A stretch of DNA of 64,000 bases, from contig OY820579.1 of NCBI GenBank assembly GCA_963681965.1, positions 1,504,001 to 1,568,000 of the forward strand. The letters are read 5' to 3'. The position numbers and the translations under genes were made by a program. A model generated the notes under the pieces. The model saw nothing but the letters and a program-made list of their open reading frames with translations. It did no database searches and was not told the origin of the DNA. The DNA is from a bacterium (lineage in GTDB: Bacteria > Electryoneota > JAOADG01). This document shows, one piece after another, positions 9,998 to 20,940 of this stretch; position 1 is the first letter of the stretch, and each line of letters begins with the position of its first letter.

Positions 9998-10013
9998 CGA
10001 CTATAGAATAACG

Positions 10014-10040
10014 AAACGCCCGGTTTTTTACCGGGCGTTT
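10014..10040. terminator. Intrinsic terminator of the proline dehydrogenase gene
   Basis: AAACGCCCGGT-TTTTT-ACCGGGCGTTT. Confidence 0.75.
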
Positions 10041-10067
10041 AATACAACACGGAATATATTGATGCGA

Positions 10068-10997
10068 TCAGTTATAGCGACCGAAGCGGAACATTGCCTT
10101 GATAATGTGACCCGCCATATCTGGATTTTCTTTCAATCGACGTACGCTATACGCATACCACTTCTCACCGAATGGGACATACAATCGCAAGGGATGACTC
10201 TGATCGACAATGCGTTGTCCTAAATTCGGCAACACGCCAAGAAGCATCTGGAATTCGTATTTCTCTTTCGGAATATTCCGTTTCTTGATCTGCTGAATGG
10301 CATATTCGATTAAAGGTTCATCGTGAGTGGCGATACCGACAGTAATGTCAAGATCGAAGATGCGATCGAGCGACTTCTTGTAGTTATCGCGGACCGGCTC
10401 TTTTCCCTTAAATGCAATCGCTTCCGGTTCGACATAAATTCCCTTACAGAGGCGAATGTGCTTGCCACCGGAAGCTTGCTTTCCGGACATCAAGTCAGCG
10501 AGATTTTCGATGTCGGATACTGTTCGTTTCAGATAAGCCTGAAACACCATACCGACATTGGTAAAGCCTTCACCGCGCAGTGACCGATACAGTTCGATCG
10601 TTAAATCGGTAAATGGCGAATCTTCCATATCGATTCGAATAAACGAATTAATATCCTGAGTGCGTTGCAACAATTTTCGATAAATGTCAAGGGCGAATTT
10701 CTTGTCGATCCCGAGACCCATTTGAGTCGGTTTGACCGAAACATTGCCGTTGATTTTATCTTTTCCAATCCGATCGATCACTTCGAAATATTCGGCGGAC
10801 GCTAAATCGGCTTCGCGAAGATCGGCAATGTTTTCTCCGAGTACATCGATCGTGACGACCCGTTTGGTTGCATTCAGCTTTTTACTTTCGGAAATGGCAT
10901 CGTCAAGTTTTGGACCAGCAATATAGCGTTTCGCGACTGCATACACGATCGGTTTCGGAACTAGCGGAAGCGATTTTGCTATCAATGAATTGATCAT
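10068..10997 (-). CDS. Monofunctional proline dehydrogenase
   Basis: 'SVKPTQMG', 'RIDMEDS', 'IRLCKGIY.E', 'IATHDE', 'EFQMLLG', 'YVPFG..WYAYSVRRLKENP'. Confidence 0.95.
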   Translation of the reverse strand: MINSLIAKSLPLVPKPIVYAVAKRYIAGPKLDDAISESKKLNATKRVVTIDVLGENIADLREADLASAEYFEVIDRIGKDKINGNVSVKPTQMGLGIDKKFALDIYRKLLQRTQDINSFIRIDMEDSPFTDLTIELYRSLRGEGFTNVGMVFQAYLKRTVSDIENLADLMSGKQASGGKHIRLCKGIYVEPEAIAFKGKEPVRDNYKKSLDRIFDLDITVGIATHDEPLIEYAIQQIKKRNIPKEKYEFQMLLGVLPNLGQRIVDQSHPLRLYVPFGEKWYAYSVRRLKENPDMAGHIIKAMFRFGRYN

Positions 10998-11097
10998 GTT
11001 ATCCTCTCACAGCTCGCGGGTTGCCCGATAATCGGAGGGGGTGGTGCGGGTAAAATCGAGGAGCTGATTCGAGCCTAAATATGCAACGAAAATCTGG

Positions 11098-12072
11098 TTA
11101 TTGCAAAGGTTCCGATTCGATCCAATCGGCGATTCCCTGGCGTAAATCGCGAAAATGAATTCCCAGTAGTCTTCGCGCTTTGGTCGACTGAAATGCCCAA
11201 TCGCATTGAGCCATGCGCATTAAAGTGGGAGTGATGGGAAGTTCGATTCCAAAAAGTCCCGCAACTTGAGCAGGAAATTTCAACCATTGCTCTAGTTTTC
11301 GAGCGGAGAGTTGGATGGACGGTGCTTTTCCACCTGTTTGTCGGGCAAGTTCGACAAAAAATCCTTGCAGAGTAGAAATTTCTCCACCAGCGATGAACTC
11401 ATCCTCTTCGCGGCGTTTAATCATTTCAATCGCTGCTTCGACCACATCTTCAATGTGCACAAAACTGGCTCGCGAGGAACCGTTGACAAGTGCTGGTAGC
11501 CGTTTGTGTGCTACTGCTCGCGCGTATTTCGTCAGCGAACCGTGGGCTCCCGGACCATAAATGATGCCCGGATGCAGGATACCGCAGCGTTTTCCGTTCA
11601 TGGCAGCATCGCGAACAAACATGGTTGCAGCACGCTTGGTCACTTCGTACGGCGAACGGTAGTCGACCGGAAACACTTGGCGTTCGTCCCCGGGCACATC
11701 ACCGGTCGGACCATACACAACTACCGATCCGATATAGAGAAAATACGTCGATGGCAAAAGTGCACGAACCAGAGCGGAAGTACTTTCGACATTGGTTCGC
11801 TGCATTGATGAGAGACGCGTTTCGCGAAGACTGACGTGTGCGGCGGCATGGATGACGATTGAGGCATCGGAAAGATAGGGAGTAACGTCAACCGATTCAG
11901 AACTAAAATCGATTTCTACCAATTCAACGGTATTTTGATCAGCGAATTCAGGAAATGCTCGATGAAAGCTAGATGTCGACCGAACCAATAATCGAATCGG
12001 CTCTTCCCATTCCATCAGTCGTCGGAAGAGATTCTTTCCAAAAAAACCTGTTGCACCAGTCAGTACAATCAT
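11098..12072 (-). CDS. NAD-dependent epimerase/dehydratase (extended SDR)
   Basis: 'VLTGATGFFG', 'IHAAA', 'YEVTK' YxxxK motif; start moved to the ATG at 12072. Confidence 0.85.
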   Translation of the reverse strand: MIVLTGATGFFGKNLFRRLMEWEEPIRLLVRSTSSFHRAFPEFADQNTVELVEIDFSSESVDVTPYLSDASIVIHAAAHVSLRETRLSSMQRTNVESTSALVRALLPSTYFLYIGSVVVYGPTGDVPGDERQVFPVDYRSPYEVTKRAATMFVRDAAMNGKRCGILHPGIIYGPGAHGSLTKYARAVAHKRLPALVNGSSRASFVHIEDVVEAAIEMIKRREEDEFIAGGEISTLQGFFVELARQTGGKAPSIQLSARKLEQWLKFPAQVAGLFGIELPITPTLMRMAQCDWAFQSTKARRLLGIHFRDLRQGIADWIESEPLQ

Positions 12073-12337
12073 CGAAAAAATTACCTGCTGTAGATTAGTA
12101 TATTTGGTTTCGTGCACTAAGGTAGATTGCGCGAGTGGCTATTGCAACAAGTTGTATCGGGGAACTTAAGCGAGAACTTAGTGGATTCTTATAAAAACCA
12201 ATTGATCGAAAATCATTATTTATTCGCTGAGCTTTTTAGGGTGACTCAGATATGAATCTAGCAGAAATCACTAATTGATCATCCCCAATCACATCAGCAT
12301 ACTACTTGTCTCACCGAGGCGCATCATTCTCTTATGA

Positions 12338-12676
12338 TTAATCTCGGATGTGTACAGCAAAAACTACTTCATTTTTATCTGGTAGTTTGTTATACTCATC
12401 AACAGCTTGAAGTGTTTGATAAATTTCAAGATGAATTTCTTTCTCCTCGATCGCCAACCGAATATTCGGTGAAACCGAAAGCATTCGATAGAGTCCGTTT
12501 GCAATAATAATTCGTTTCGGTTTTAGTGCAATGGCTTTCGACAGGTCGTCCAACTGCACACGCATTCCCTCTTTACGCCACCAGGGAGTGATTTCGTTAT
12601 TGGGATAAATGATGATATCGCTGTCATAAGTCTTGCCATCAACTTTGATTACGCCGAATTTAATTTCATCTATCAT
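12338..12676 (-). CDS. Mth938-like (DUF498/598) domain protein
   Basis: 'FGVIKVDGKTYDSDIIIYP...WWRKEG...TLQAVDEYN...AVH'; GAGG RBS before the ATG at 12676. Confidence 0.8.
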   Translation of the reverse strand: MIDEIKFGVIKVDGKTYDSDIIIYPNNEITPWWRKEGMRVQLDDLSKAIALKPKRIIIANGLYRMLSVSPNIRLAIEEKEIHLEIYQTLQAVDEYNKLPDKNEVVFAVHIRD

Positions 12677-13330
12677 GATTGCCTCAAATAAATATTTGTA
12701 TTGATTAACTAAGAATGAGATTGCATTACACAACAATTGTTGATAATAAGAGACTTTAATTCTCGATTTCGGATCTAAGGAGGAAGAAGCTAGGTTCGAA
12801 TAGAATGATGATAAGTCTAATATAATTAGGGTACTGATTAAAGATAGAGCTTCTTCGTAGCATAGTCAAGAAACGTTTTGCAGACACAAATAAATTATGG
12901 AAAATTTGAGCTGAATTCAGATGACCAAGACACAAGTAGATGTGAGATAAGATTGAATTTGATTTTATGAGTATGATAATTAATGAGTTGTAAGAAAACA
13001 GAGTAGCCCAAAATTCAGGATGTGAGTATGGTTTTTAAAGATTATTTACCAATTGTTTACATTTGTTACTGGTTTTTGAGAAATGACTTAGTTACTAGTC
13101 AGTAGGTAATATGTTTTTTGAAAATCGGGATTCAGATTGACAGTCTGGGTAAATATTACGATATTTAAATTTGTTATTTTTTACATTGCACACGCAATTT
13201 TCAAAAATTTTATTGATTCTGTTACGAATGCAACATGAAAGCGTAAGCTTTTTGGCTGCCGTAAATTGACATAGAAAATCATCTCATCGATTGATGACAA
13301 ACAAATAACAATTATTCCCTCGATTTCGAA

Positions 13331-16300
13331 TTGTGCCGGGGGGGAGAGCTAGTGAAATCGTTGAATACGGAATCCATTCGGTTCGGTCACCCGATGTTCG
13401 ATCCCAACGAAATGGATACATTTGCCGATTTATTACCCCAACCGGTTTTTGAGACCGACCGTTCCGGTCGTCTACGATATGCCAATCGCGCTGCGATGAA
13501 TTGTTTCGATTTTCCCGTCGAACAATTGAACAATGGATTATCCGTTCTCGAAGTTATCAGCGAAACCGATCGCGATCGTGCATCGCAAGTTTTCCAGAAA
13601 TTGGTTGACGGCAAAATATCGCGAATCGATTCAGAATTTACGGTTCGAAATTTTCGCGGTGTTACATTTCCGATCGTTGCGATTTTATCTTCAGTTATCG
13701 TAAATAATGAAACGATTGGTGTTCGCGGTGTTCTAATCGAATTTTCAAAAACGGGTCATTCCAATCAGTTGTACACTCAATCCGATGATCGATACCGGTC
13801 ATTGTATGCGAATCTCGCGATCGGAACGATTTACCATACCGAAAAAGGCTTAATTGATGCAGCCAATCCAGCTGCTGCGGCGATATTGGGTACAACCGTA
13901 AACGAATTGATCGGTCGATCCAGTTTCGATTCCCGAACATCGATTTACAGTGAAGTCGGAGCGACGATTGGTTCCGATGAGTTTCCTTCAACTGTAGCGT
14001 TAACGACCGGAAAATTAACCGAACGTATCTGCGGAGTTCGGCTCCCGAGTTCAACTCACACCCGCTGGTACAAAGTAACTGCGATACCGCAATTACGGTT
14101 TTCCGAAGAGCGTGCCTATCAAGTCGTTACAAGTTTCGAAGATATTACCGCGCGCAAGAAATTAAGTGAAGCCGTAGCTGCAATTCTGGGAAAAGAAAGC
14201 GATCCATCCGGAATCGAATATCTTCGATTTCTAGCCCAAGAACTTGCGATAATTCTCGAAACGAAATACGCTTTCATTGGTGAATTGACGACTACTGTAC
14301 CTGGTCGATTTTCAACAGTTGGAATTTGGTCGGATGATCGCTTTGCCGAAGATGAAGAATTTTCACTGAAGAATACGATTGTCGAAACGGCAATTAAAAA
14401 GAAATTGTTTTATCAGAATAAAATCAACGCTCAAGATTTCCCGAAAGATAAATTCTTAAAACAGTTTAATGCCACTGATTTTTGCAGCCAAATTCTAACC
14501 GGTCATAATCACATTCCGATTGGTCTAATTGCGGTATTGAACGATCGACCGATCGCTGAAATTGAAATTGCAAAAAGCATTATGGCGCTGTTTGCGTTAC
14601 GAATTTCTTCTGAGATCGAACGACGACGTATCGATGAAGAACTTCAAAACGCCAATTATAAGTTTAAGACCCTGCTCAGCGAGATGACTGAAGGGGTAGC
14701 ATTTCACGAAGTAATTTACGATTCCAGCGGAAAACCAATCAATTATCGCGTCATCGAAGTAAACACAGCGTTTTTGAATATCCTCGGGTTTCAGCGCGAC
14801 AAAGTCATTGGAAAATTGGCTACGGAAATATTCGGTGTCGATTATCCGCCGTATTTAAAAGAATATTCTGCGACTGCTGTATCGCGCGTACCGTACCGCT
14901 TTGAAATTTATTTTGAACCGCTTCGAAAGCACTTTGATATCAATGTTGTATCGATTCAAAAAGGGTTCTTCACCACCATCTTTACCGATATCACCGATCG
15001 AAAGGCAACCGAATCGGAACTTCAAAAAAATACCGAGTATTACACCTTTTTGACTGACAGTATCAACGATATCGTTGCGCAAGTCGATCGCGATCTGGTC
15101 TATACTTTTTTAAGTCGGTCTTTACTGATGATATTGGGGTTTGACAATAAATCACTAATCGGACAAAGTTTTACTGCCAACATCCATCCCGAGGACCGTC
15201 CTCGGATCGAATCGACCATCCGGACATGTGCTCTAGCCAAAGCCACTCGACTTACATTGGAATACCGGCACTTTACTGTCGACGGTGATTTGAAATGGAT
15301 TGAGAGTACTACCAGAGTTCTTTACGATTCCAACAATGAATTTGACGGCTGCGTTCTGAGTTCTCGCGATATCACTGATCGTAAGCGCGCACAGCAAGCT
15401 TTGAAAATGTCGGAATCGCAATTCCGGGCACTGGCGGAAGGCGCAAAAGACGCAATATTTATTAAAGACTCGAATCTTCGATATGTTTTCGTTAATCCGG
15501 TAATGGCTAGTCTACTCGGACTTGCAGTTGAAAATATGATCGGAAAAACCGATCACGAACTGCTCGGAGAACGCTCGAATTCCTATGAAATTGCCGATCA
15601 AGAAGTATTGCTTGGGAAAACCGTAGAAACCGAGCCGACCGAGCGGATTCATGGCGTGTGGAAAACGATGCACACGATCAAGGTTCCGCTCCGAACTTCG
15701 CAAGGCGAAATTATCGGTATCTGTGGTATTGCCCGCGATGTCACCGAGCGCAATCAATCGGAATTGGCTTTGCGAGAAAGCGAAGAGCGCTATCGATTAT
15801 TAGTCGATTCACTGCCCGTTGGAATCGTTGCGCATTGCGAAGGAAAGATTGTTTTCGTCAATCAAACCGTCGTTAAAATGATCGGTGTCGAATCGGTTTT
15901 GGACTTGTTGGGTAAGAGTGCGATCGAATTTGTGCATCCCGAAGATCGACAGCGTGTTGCTACGCGAATGCGAGCTGTAATAGAAAATCGCGAAATGCAG
16001 CCATCGATAGAAGAACGATTTGTCCGATCCGACGGTTCGTTATTCGAGGCTGAGGTCACCTCTGTTCCATTCATGTATCACAATAAACCAGCAGCACAAA
16101 TTGTGTTGGTCGATATCTCGGAACGCAAACGTGCCGAAGATGAACGACGCAAGCTTGAATCGCAAATTCAGCATACTCAGAAATTGGAAAGTTTGGGAGT
16201 ATTAGCTGGAGGAATTGCCCACGACTTTAACAATCTGTTAGTCGGAATTCTCGGTAATGCCGGTTTGGCATTAATGGAACTGCCCACTGACTCGCCTACG

Positions 16301-17311
16301 CGGAAATCGATCGAATCGATTGAAACAGCCGCCATTCGCGCATCTGAACTAACAAAGCAAATGTTGGCATACTCCGGTAAGGGTAAGTTCTTAATCAATC
16401 AATTAAATCTATCGAAAGTTGTCGAAGAGATTTCGCATTTATTGGAAGTGTCGATCTCGAAACGAGTCGTATTGTCGTATCATTTCGCCGATAATTTGCC
16501 GAATATCGAGGGGGATGTTACACAAATTCGTCAGGTTGTAATGAATCTGATTACCAATGCTTCCGAGGCGATCGGCGATCGGAATGGAATGGTATCAATT
16601 ACGACCGGTAGTTTTTATGCGGATCGTGGGTACTTCGAGAATTCGTATGTCAGCGAGAACATGACCGAGGGTCATTACATCTTTATCGAAGTGAAAGATA
16701 CCGGGTCAGGAATGGACGAAGAGACCCTGAAGCGAATCTTCGATCCCTTTTTTACCACGAAATTTACCGGTCGAGGGTTGGGTCTTGCAGCCGTGATTGG
16801 AATCGTTCGCGGTCACCACGGTACGATAAAAGTCACTAGCGAACTAGGCGTGGGAACTACGTTTCGCGTGCTATTTCCGGTATCGAATGAAGAGTTAAAA
16901 TCGGAAAGTACTCAGTCGTCTACGAACCATCCGGAATGGAAATCGACTGGATCCGTTTTGGTGGTTGACGATGAACCAAGTGTCTTAGTATTGGCAAAGC
17001 AATTATTCGAGATGAAGGGATTTACCGTTATCACAGCTAGTGACGGATTAGAGGCAATTTCGCAATTCCGACAATTCATCGATCAAATACAATTTGTTTT
17101 ACTCGATTTAACCCTGCCAAAAATGAGTGGCGAAGAAGTATTCCGGGAAATTCGTCAACTCAAACCGGATGCCCGAATAATTCTTTCCAGCGGATACAAC
17201 GAACAAGAAGTAACTAGTCTGTTTGAAGGAAAAGGGATTGCCGGCTTTATTCAAAAACCGTACCGGATTCAGGAATTGTTGGATAAAATTCGCGAAATCT
17301 TAGAACAATAA
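13331..17311 (+). CDS. Cytoplasmic multi-PAS/GAF hybrid sensor histidine kinase with C-terminal receiver domain
   Basis: Several PAS/PAC repeats ('DITDRK'); H-box 'AGGIAHDFNNLL'; 'NLITNASEA', 'DTGSGM', 'FTTKFTGRGLGL'; REC 'VLVVDDE...LLDLTLP'; exact start uncertain. Confidence 0.93.
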   Translation: MCRGGELVKSLNTESIRFGHPMFDPNEMDTFADLLPQPVFETDRSGRLRYANRAAMNCFDFPVEQLNNGLSVLEVISETDRDRASQVFQKLVDGKISRIDSEFTVRNFRGVTFPIVAILSSVIVNNETIGVRGVLIEFSKTGHSNQLYTQSDDRYRSLYANLAIGTIYHTEKGLIDAANPAAAAILGTTVNELIGRSSFDSRTSIYSEVGATIGSDEFPSTVALTTGKLTERICGVRLPSSTHTRWYKVTAIPQLRFSEERAYQVVTSFEDITARKKLSEAVAAILGKESDPSGIEYLRFLAQELAIILETKYAFIGELTTTVPGRFSTVGIWSDDRFAEDEEFSLKNTIVETAIKKKLFYQNKINAQDFPKDKFLKQFNATDFCSQILTGHNHIPIGLIAVLNDRPIAEIEIAKSIMALFALRISSEIERRRIDEELQNANYKFKTLLSEMTEGVAFHEVIYDSSGKPINYRVIEVNTAFLNILGFQRDKVIGKLATEIFGVDYPPYLKEYSATAVSRVPYRFEIYFEPLRKHFDINVVSIQKGFFTTIFTDITDRKATESELQKNTEYYTFLTDSINDIVAQVDRDLVYTFLSRSLLMILGFDNKSLIGQSFTANIHPEDRPRIESTIRTCALAKATRLTLEYRHFTVDGDLKWIESTTRVLYDSNNEFDGCVLSSRDITDRKRAQQALKMSESQFRALAEGAKDAIFIKDSNLRYVFVNPVMASLLGLAVENMIGKTDHELLGERSNSYEIADQEVLLGKTVETEPTERIHGVWKTMHTIKVPLRTSQGEIIGICGIARDVTERNQSELALRESEERYRLLVDSLPVGIVAHCEGKIVFVNQTVVKMIGVESVLDLLGKSAIEFVHPEDRQRVATRMRAVIENREMQPSIEERFVRSDGSLFEAEVTSVPFMYHNKPAAQIVLVDISERKRAEDERRKLESQIQHTQKLESLGVLAGGIAHDFNNLLVGILGNAGLALMELPTDSPTRKSIESIETAAIRASELTKQMLAYSGKGKFLINQLNLSKVVEEISHLLEVSISKRVVLSYHFADNLPNIEGDVTQIRQVVMNLITNASEAIGDRNGMVSITTGSFYADRGYFENSYVSENMTEGHYIFIEVKDTGSGMDEETLKRIFDPFFTTKFTGRGLGLAAVIGIVRGHHGTIKVTSELGVGTTFRVLFPVSNEELKSESTQSSTNHPEWKSTGSVLVVDDEPSVLVLAKQLFEMKGFTVITASDGLEAISQFRQFIDQIQFVLLDLTLPKMSGEEVFREIRQLKPDARIILSSGYNEQEVTSLFEGKGIAGFIQKPYRIQELLDKIREILEQ

Positions 17312-17331
17312 TTTATCGATGTTTTCCTGAT

Positions 17332-18822
17332 CTAGTCCATTTTACGATAATTCACTCCTAATCGGTCAAGCAGAGGAAGATGTCTCACTAGACGTCGCTT
17401 GAAATCACCGAATTCCCGATTGGATTCCTGACTCCACAATACTTCCGACATCGCACACACGCGCGGAAATAGCATATATTCGACTTGTCGCCAATCAGGC
17501 ATGTACTCAGTCCATAGATTTCCCTGACCACCTAGGATATGTTTTCGGTCGATATCTGATAACTCCGCTGGAACCGGTTCGAATGCATATACTTGTTCCA
17601 ATGGTAAATCGTTCGGAAATGCTTTCGGTTCTGTTTCACGGTTTCCTTGATAGTAGTCGAAATAGCAGTGTCGAGTTGGCGACATTACGACATCGTGTCC
17701 CATAGTTGCCGCAGCAATTCCCCCTTCGAAACCACGCCACGACATCACTGCGGCTTGAGTAGCTAATCCCCCTTCGAGAATTTCATCCCAACCAATTGCC
17801 CTTTTTCCGCGTTGCGACAAAAAGGCTGCGATCCGTTTAACGAAATAACTCTGTAGTTCATATTCGTTTGCTAGTTTCTCTGATTTGATGCGATGCTGGC
17901 AGAGTGGACACTCTCGCCACCGGGTTTTCGGACATTCATCGCCGCCGATATGAATAAATTCATTCGGAAACAGATCGATCACTTCGTCCAACAGCCGTTC
18001 GAGAAAAGTGAAGGTATGATCATTACCAGCACAATATACATTATCGAAGATACCCCACTCGGTTGCAACTGAAATTGTCGATCCGGTACAAGAATACTCC
18101 GGGTATGCCGCTAGTGAAGAGGTTGCATGACCGGGCATCTCAATCTCGGGAACGATTTCGATGAATCGCGAAGTGGCAAATTGCACAATCTCTTTGATAT
18201 CGGACTGCGAATAGTAACCCCCGTATCGCGATCCATTAGCTTCAATTCGCCAGGCTCCGATCTCAGTTAATTTTGGGAATACCCGGCTCTCGATTCGCCA
18301 TCCTTGGTCGTCACAGAGGTGCCAATGAAATCGATTGAATTTGTATCGCGCTAGATGATCGATGAATCGTTTAATGTCGTCGACTGGGAAGAAATGTCGG
18401 GAAACATCGAGATGCATCCCGCGCCATGAAAATCGTGGTGAATCGACGATGCAACATCCTGCAATAGAAATTGAATCGTGGTGAATGGGTGAATTCGAAA
18501 TCAATTGAAGAAGCGATTGAATTCCGTGAAAGATACCGATCTGATCGTTGGCTCGTATGTTAATATTCAGATCACTGATTTCGAGGTGATAACCTTCCCA
18601 GTCAATTTCCGGAGATTGATCAATAATTTCCAACAAAATATCGTTGGAATTTGTATCGCCAATCGAAGCGATCGGCAAAGTGAGTTGCGTTTCGGTCGCA
18701 AGCTTCTCTTGCAGATACTTGGCTAGATGTCGTATCGAAGATTGAGTGGTGATTTGGCACGCAGAATTTAGAGAGTAACTACAATTGCGTGTTTCATAAT
18801 GTTGAGGTTTTGGAATAATCAT
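17332..18822 (-). CDS. Beta-N-acetylhexosaminidase, GH20
   Basis: 'PRFSWRGMHLDVSRHF', 'HWHLCDDQGWR', 'HIGGDE'; likely start at 18822 just after the upstream stop; no signal peptide. Confidence 0.93.
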   Translation of the reverse strand: MIIPKPQHYETRNCSYSLNSACQITTQSSIRHLAKYLQEKLATETQLTLPIASIGDTNSNDILLEIIDQSPEIDWEGYHLEISDLNINIRANDQIGIFHGIQSLLQLISNSPIHHDSISIAGCCIVDSPRFSWRGMHLDVSRHFFPVDDIKRFIDHLARYKFNRFHWHLCDDQGWRIESRVFPKLTEIGAWRIEANGSRYGGYYSQSDIKEIVQFATSRFIEIVPEIEMPGHATSSLAAYPEYSCTGSTISVATEWGIFDNVYCAGNDHTFTFLERLLDEVIDLFPNEFIHIGGDECPKTRWRECPLCQHRIKSEKLANEYELQSYFVKRIAAFLSQRGKRAIGWDEILEGGLATQAAVMSWRGFEGGIAAATMGHDVVMSPTRHCYFDYYQGNRETEPKAFPNDLPLEQVYAFEPVPAELSDIDRKHILGGQGNLWTEYMPDWRQVEYMLFPRVCAMSEVLWSQESNREFGDFKRRLVRHLPLLDRLGVNYRKMD

Positions 18823-18826
18823 CTCA

Positions 18827-19855
18827 TCACCTATTCTGCCAGAGATTCGGGATTTTATCCCATCCCACGAGATATGCGGAAACTCGCCAGTAACCAAAGT
18901 CCCCTTTTTCGTTTTTGGGACGCATTCTTTCAATTGCGAATTTAATTGAGTGTTTTCCGGTGGTAAGAGCATCGGAAAGATCGATTTCATAAGGCTTCAC
19001 TTCGCAACCGGGACACCATCCACTGCGGCTATAGTCGGATGACCAACTCCCATCTGCCCAGTGTGAAGTATATGGATTGCGTTCGCGATATTGTCGGCAA
19101 TCGTCCCGCCAGGGATAAAACCGCTCGACGACGTTTCCATCGACCCGAATCACATTCGCTTTCGATACAAATTCATCTTCATTGGTTCCATCGGTACAGT
19201 GACCGGTGGTAAAATAAATCATCGCAACACGTTTCAATCCATCCGGTATCGAGATCTCGGTTTCAGCACCATTAGGTTGATCTTGTTGATTAAAGGAATC
19301 ATTATAATAGACCGGAGTTGCCCAAGTGGCATTGTCGTAGTCGCGTGATGTCTCGTAGCGTAACGAGAAGCTAACGATCCATCCCGGAGAAGTCCAGGTA
19401 TCGATAAATGTGCGAAAAGTTTGTTCGCCTTGTAATAACGGTGCAATATAACTAACATCGGTTTCATGTTCAGTTCGTCCGCCATACGATGTCATGAAAC
19501 GCATGATTTCTAGATCGGGCTTCCCCTCGATTGCCAACCGGATATTTCCCGCGCGGTCCCATCGATCGAACACCGTTCGCTCGTCTTTGTAGATCGGTTG
19601 AAGGATCACATGCGCAAAGATTCGAACCGATGAATCGGGGGAAGGTAGCTTCGATTTGGTTGATAAGATCCGCCCGTTATCACTTGCGATCAGACCTTTC
19701 TCCGCATATTTGGATGCGGAATCGGGTTGGAAATGAAGAGTGACAGTTTGAAAGATCGGAATCGTTATCGTATCGGGATTGGAAACGGCAGAACAGACGC
19801 CAGCGAGGAACAACAAGAGAATGGTCAAATTGAATCGACCGAAATTCCTTAACAT
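18827..19855 (-). CDS. Peptide-N-glycosidase F-related secreted protein
   Basis: 'DRWDRAGNI', 'EIMRFMTSYG', 'TTGH', 'DEF', 'WRDDC', 'SRSGWCPG' PNGase F-type motifs; GAGGTG RBS; signal peptide. Confidence 0.8.
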   Translation of the reverse strand: MLRNFGRFNLTILLLFLAGVCSAVSNPDTITIPIFQTVTLHFQPDSASKYAEKGLIASDNGRILSTKSKLPSPDSSVRIFAHVILQPIYKDERTVFDRWDRAGNIRLAIEGKPDLEIMRFMTSYGGRTEHETDVSYIAPLLQGEQTFRTFIDTWTSPGWIVSFSLRYETSRDYDNATWATPVYYNDSFNQQDQPNGAETEISIPDGLKRVAMIYFTTGHCTDGTNEDEFVSKANVIRVDGNVVERFYPWRDDCRQYRERNPYTSHWADGSWSSDYSRSGWCPGCEVKPYEIDLSDALTTGKHSIKFAIERMRPKNEKGDFGYWRVSAYLVGWDKIPNLWQNR

Positions 19856-20008
19856 AATCACCTCAGTGAATTCAATTTGAATCCAATTCAATTCTTGAGT
19901 GAAGTTGCACTTCGCTAAAAGTAAGCTCCCGTCTAATTTATTCCAACAATGATCTTTCAAATATGGATTTCACTGAAAATTTCTTCAATTTGCTCTTCAG
20001 CATGATAT

Positions 20009-20857
20009 TTGATTGAAGTGTGTTGTATCTTGTCTTTGAAGATGTCACATCTACCCGGAACAACCATGAATCGAGTTCAGAAGATCAGTTTATTCCTTAT
20101 CCATTGGAAACCCATAGAAGCCGAAACGCACATTCGGCATTTGGAACAGCTTGGATACACTGTCAAAATACTGGAACAAACAGGACCGAAAGGACTGCAA
20201 TGTATCGATGCGTTGCAACCGAAAGCGATTCTCATCGATTTAACTCGCCTCCCATCACATGGACGCGAAATCGGTATGGCGCTGAGGCAACGAAAGACGA
20301 CTCGTACTATTCCTTTGCTTTTTCTTGAGGGTGATCCTGAAAAAGTCGACCGTATTCGATCGGTTCTGCCCGATGCGATCTTTTCGTCCTGGGATCAGGT
20401 TGATTCAGCGATTACAGTAACTATAGCCTCACCCAACTTACAACCGATTATTCCCCCCAATTCGATGGAATCTTATGGATCCGTTCCGTTGTGTAAGAAG
20501 TTAGGAATTCGCGAGCGGATGTCGGTTGTACTCTTGCAGGCTCCGATGAAATTTAAATCTCTAATCGAACCACTACCTGAAGGGGTGAAAATATTCACAC
20601 GTAATCGCAAATCGCGAAATATGACACTATGGTTTGTTCTCGATCAAAATCAATTCAAGAATGATTTTGCTAATGTCGCGGAGCAGGCTGCCGGCGCACC
20701 ATTGTGGATTATTTGGACGAAGAAAAGTAGTAAGTATGCAACCGATTTAAGTGAAACGATCGTGCGTGCAACCGGATTGGCTGCAGGATGGGTCGATTAT
20801 AAAATCTGTCGGATCGATGACGATTGGTCGGGTCTGCTCTTTAAATATCGGGGTTAA
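20009..20857 (+). CDS. Receiver-like domain fused to a DUF3052-like domain
   Basis: N-half 'QPKAILIDL...IPLLFL' is REC-like; C-half 'KKLGIRE...WIIWTKKSS...GWVDYKICRIDDDWSGL'; start uncertain. Confidence 0.6.
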   Translation: MIEVCCILSLKMSHLPGTTMNRVQKISLFLIHWKPIEAETHIRHLEQLGYTVKILEQTGPKGLQCIDALQPKAILIDLTRLPSHGREIGMALRQRKTTRTIPLLFLEGDPEKVDRIRSVLPDAIFSSWDQVDSAITVTIASPNLQPIIPPNSMESYGSVPLCKKLGIRERMSVVLLQAPMKFKSLIEPLPEGVKIFTRNRKSRNMTLWFVLDQNQFKNDFANVAEQAAGAPLWIIWTKKSSKYATDLSETIVRATGLAAGWVDYKICRIDDDWSGLLFKYRG

Positions 20858-20940
20858 GTTTCTTGTAGATTCCAGAAAATTATTGTGGTTTTACCCAGAT
20901 TATTCATTATATTTCGCGATTATTAATATCAGAGGATCCT

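Noticed and set aside
12737-13330. Long AT-rich intergenic region as an ncRNA or array
   Set aside because: No repeats, stable stems or ORFs seen; consistent with divergent promoter DNA.
18823-18990. 56-aa N-terminal extension of the GH20 ORF
   Set aside because: It overlaps the PNGase-like gene; GH20 similarity begins at MIIPKP (18822).
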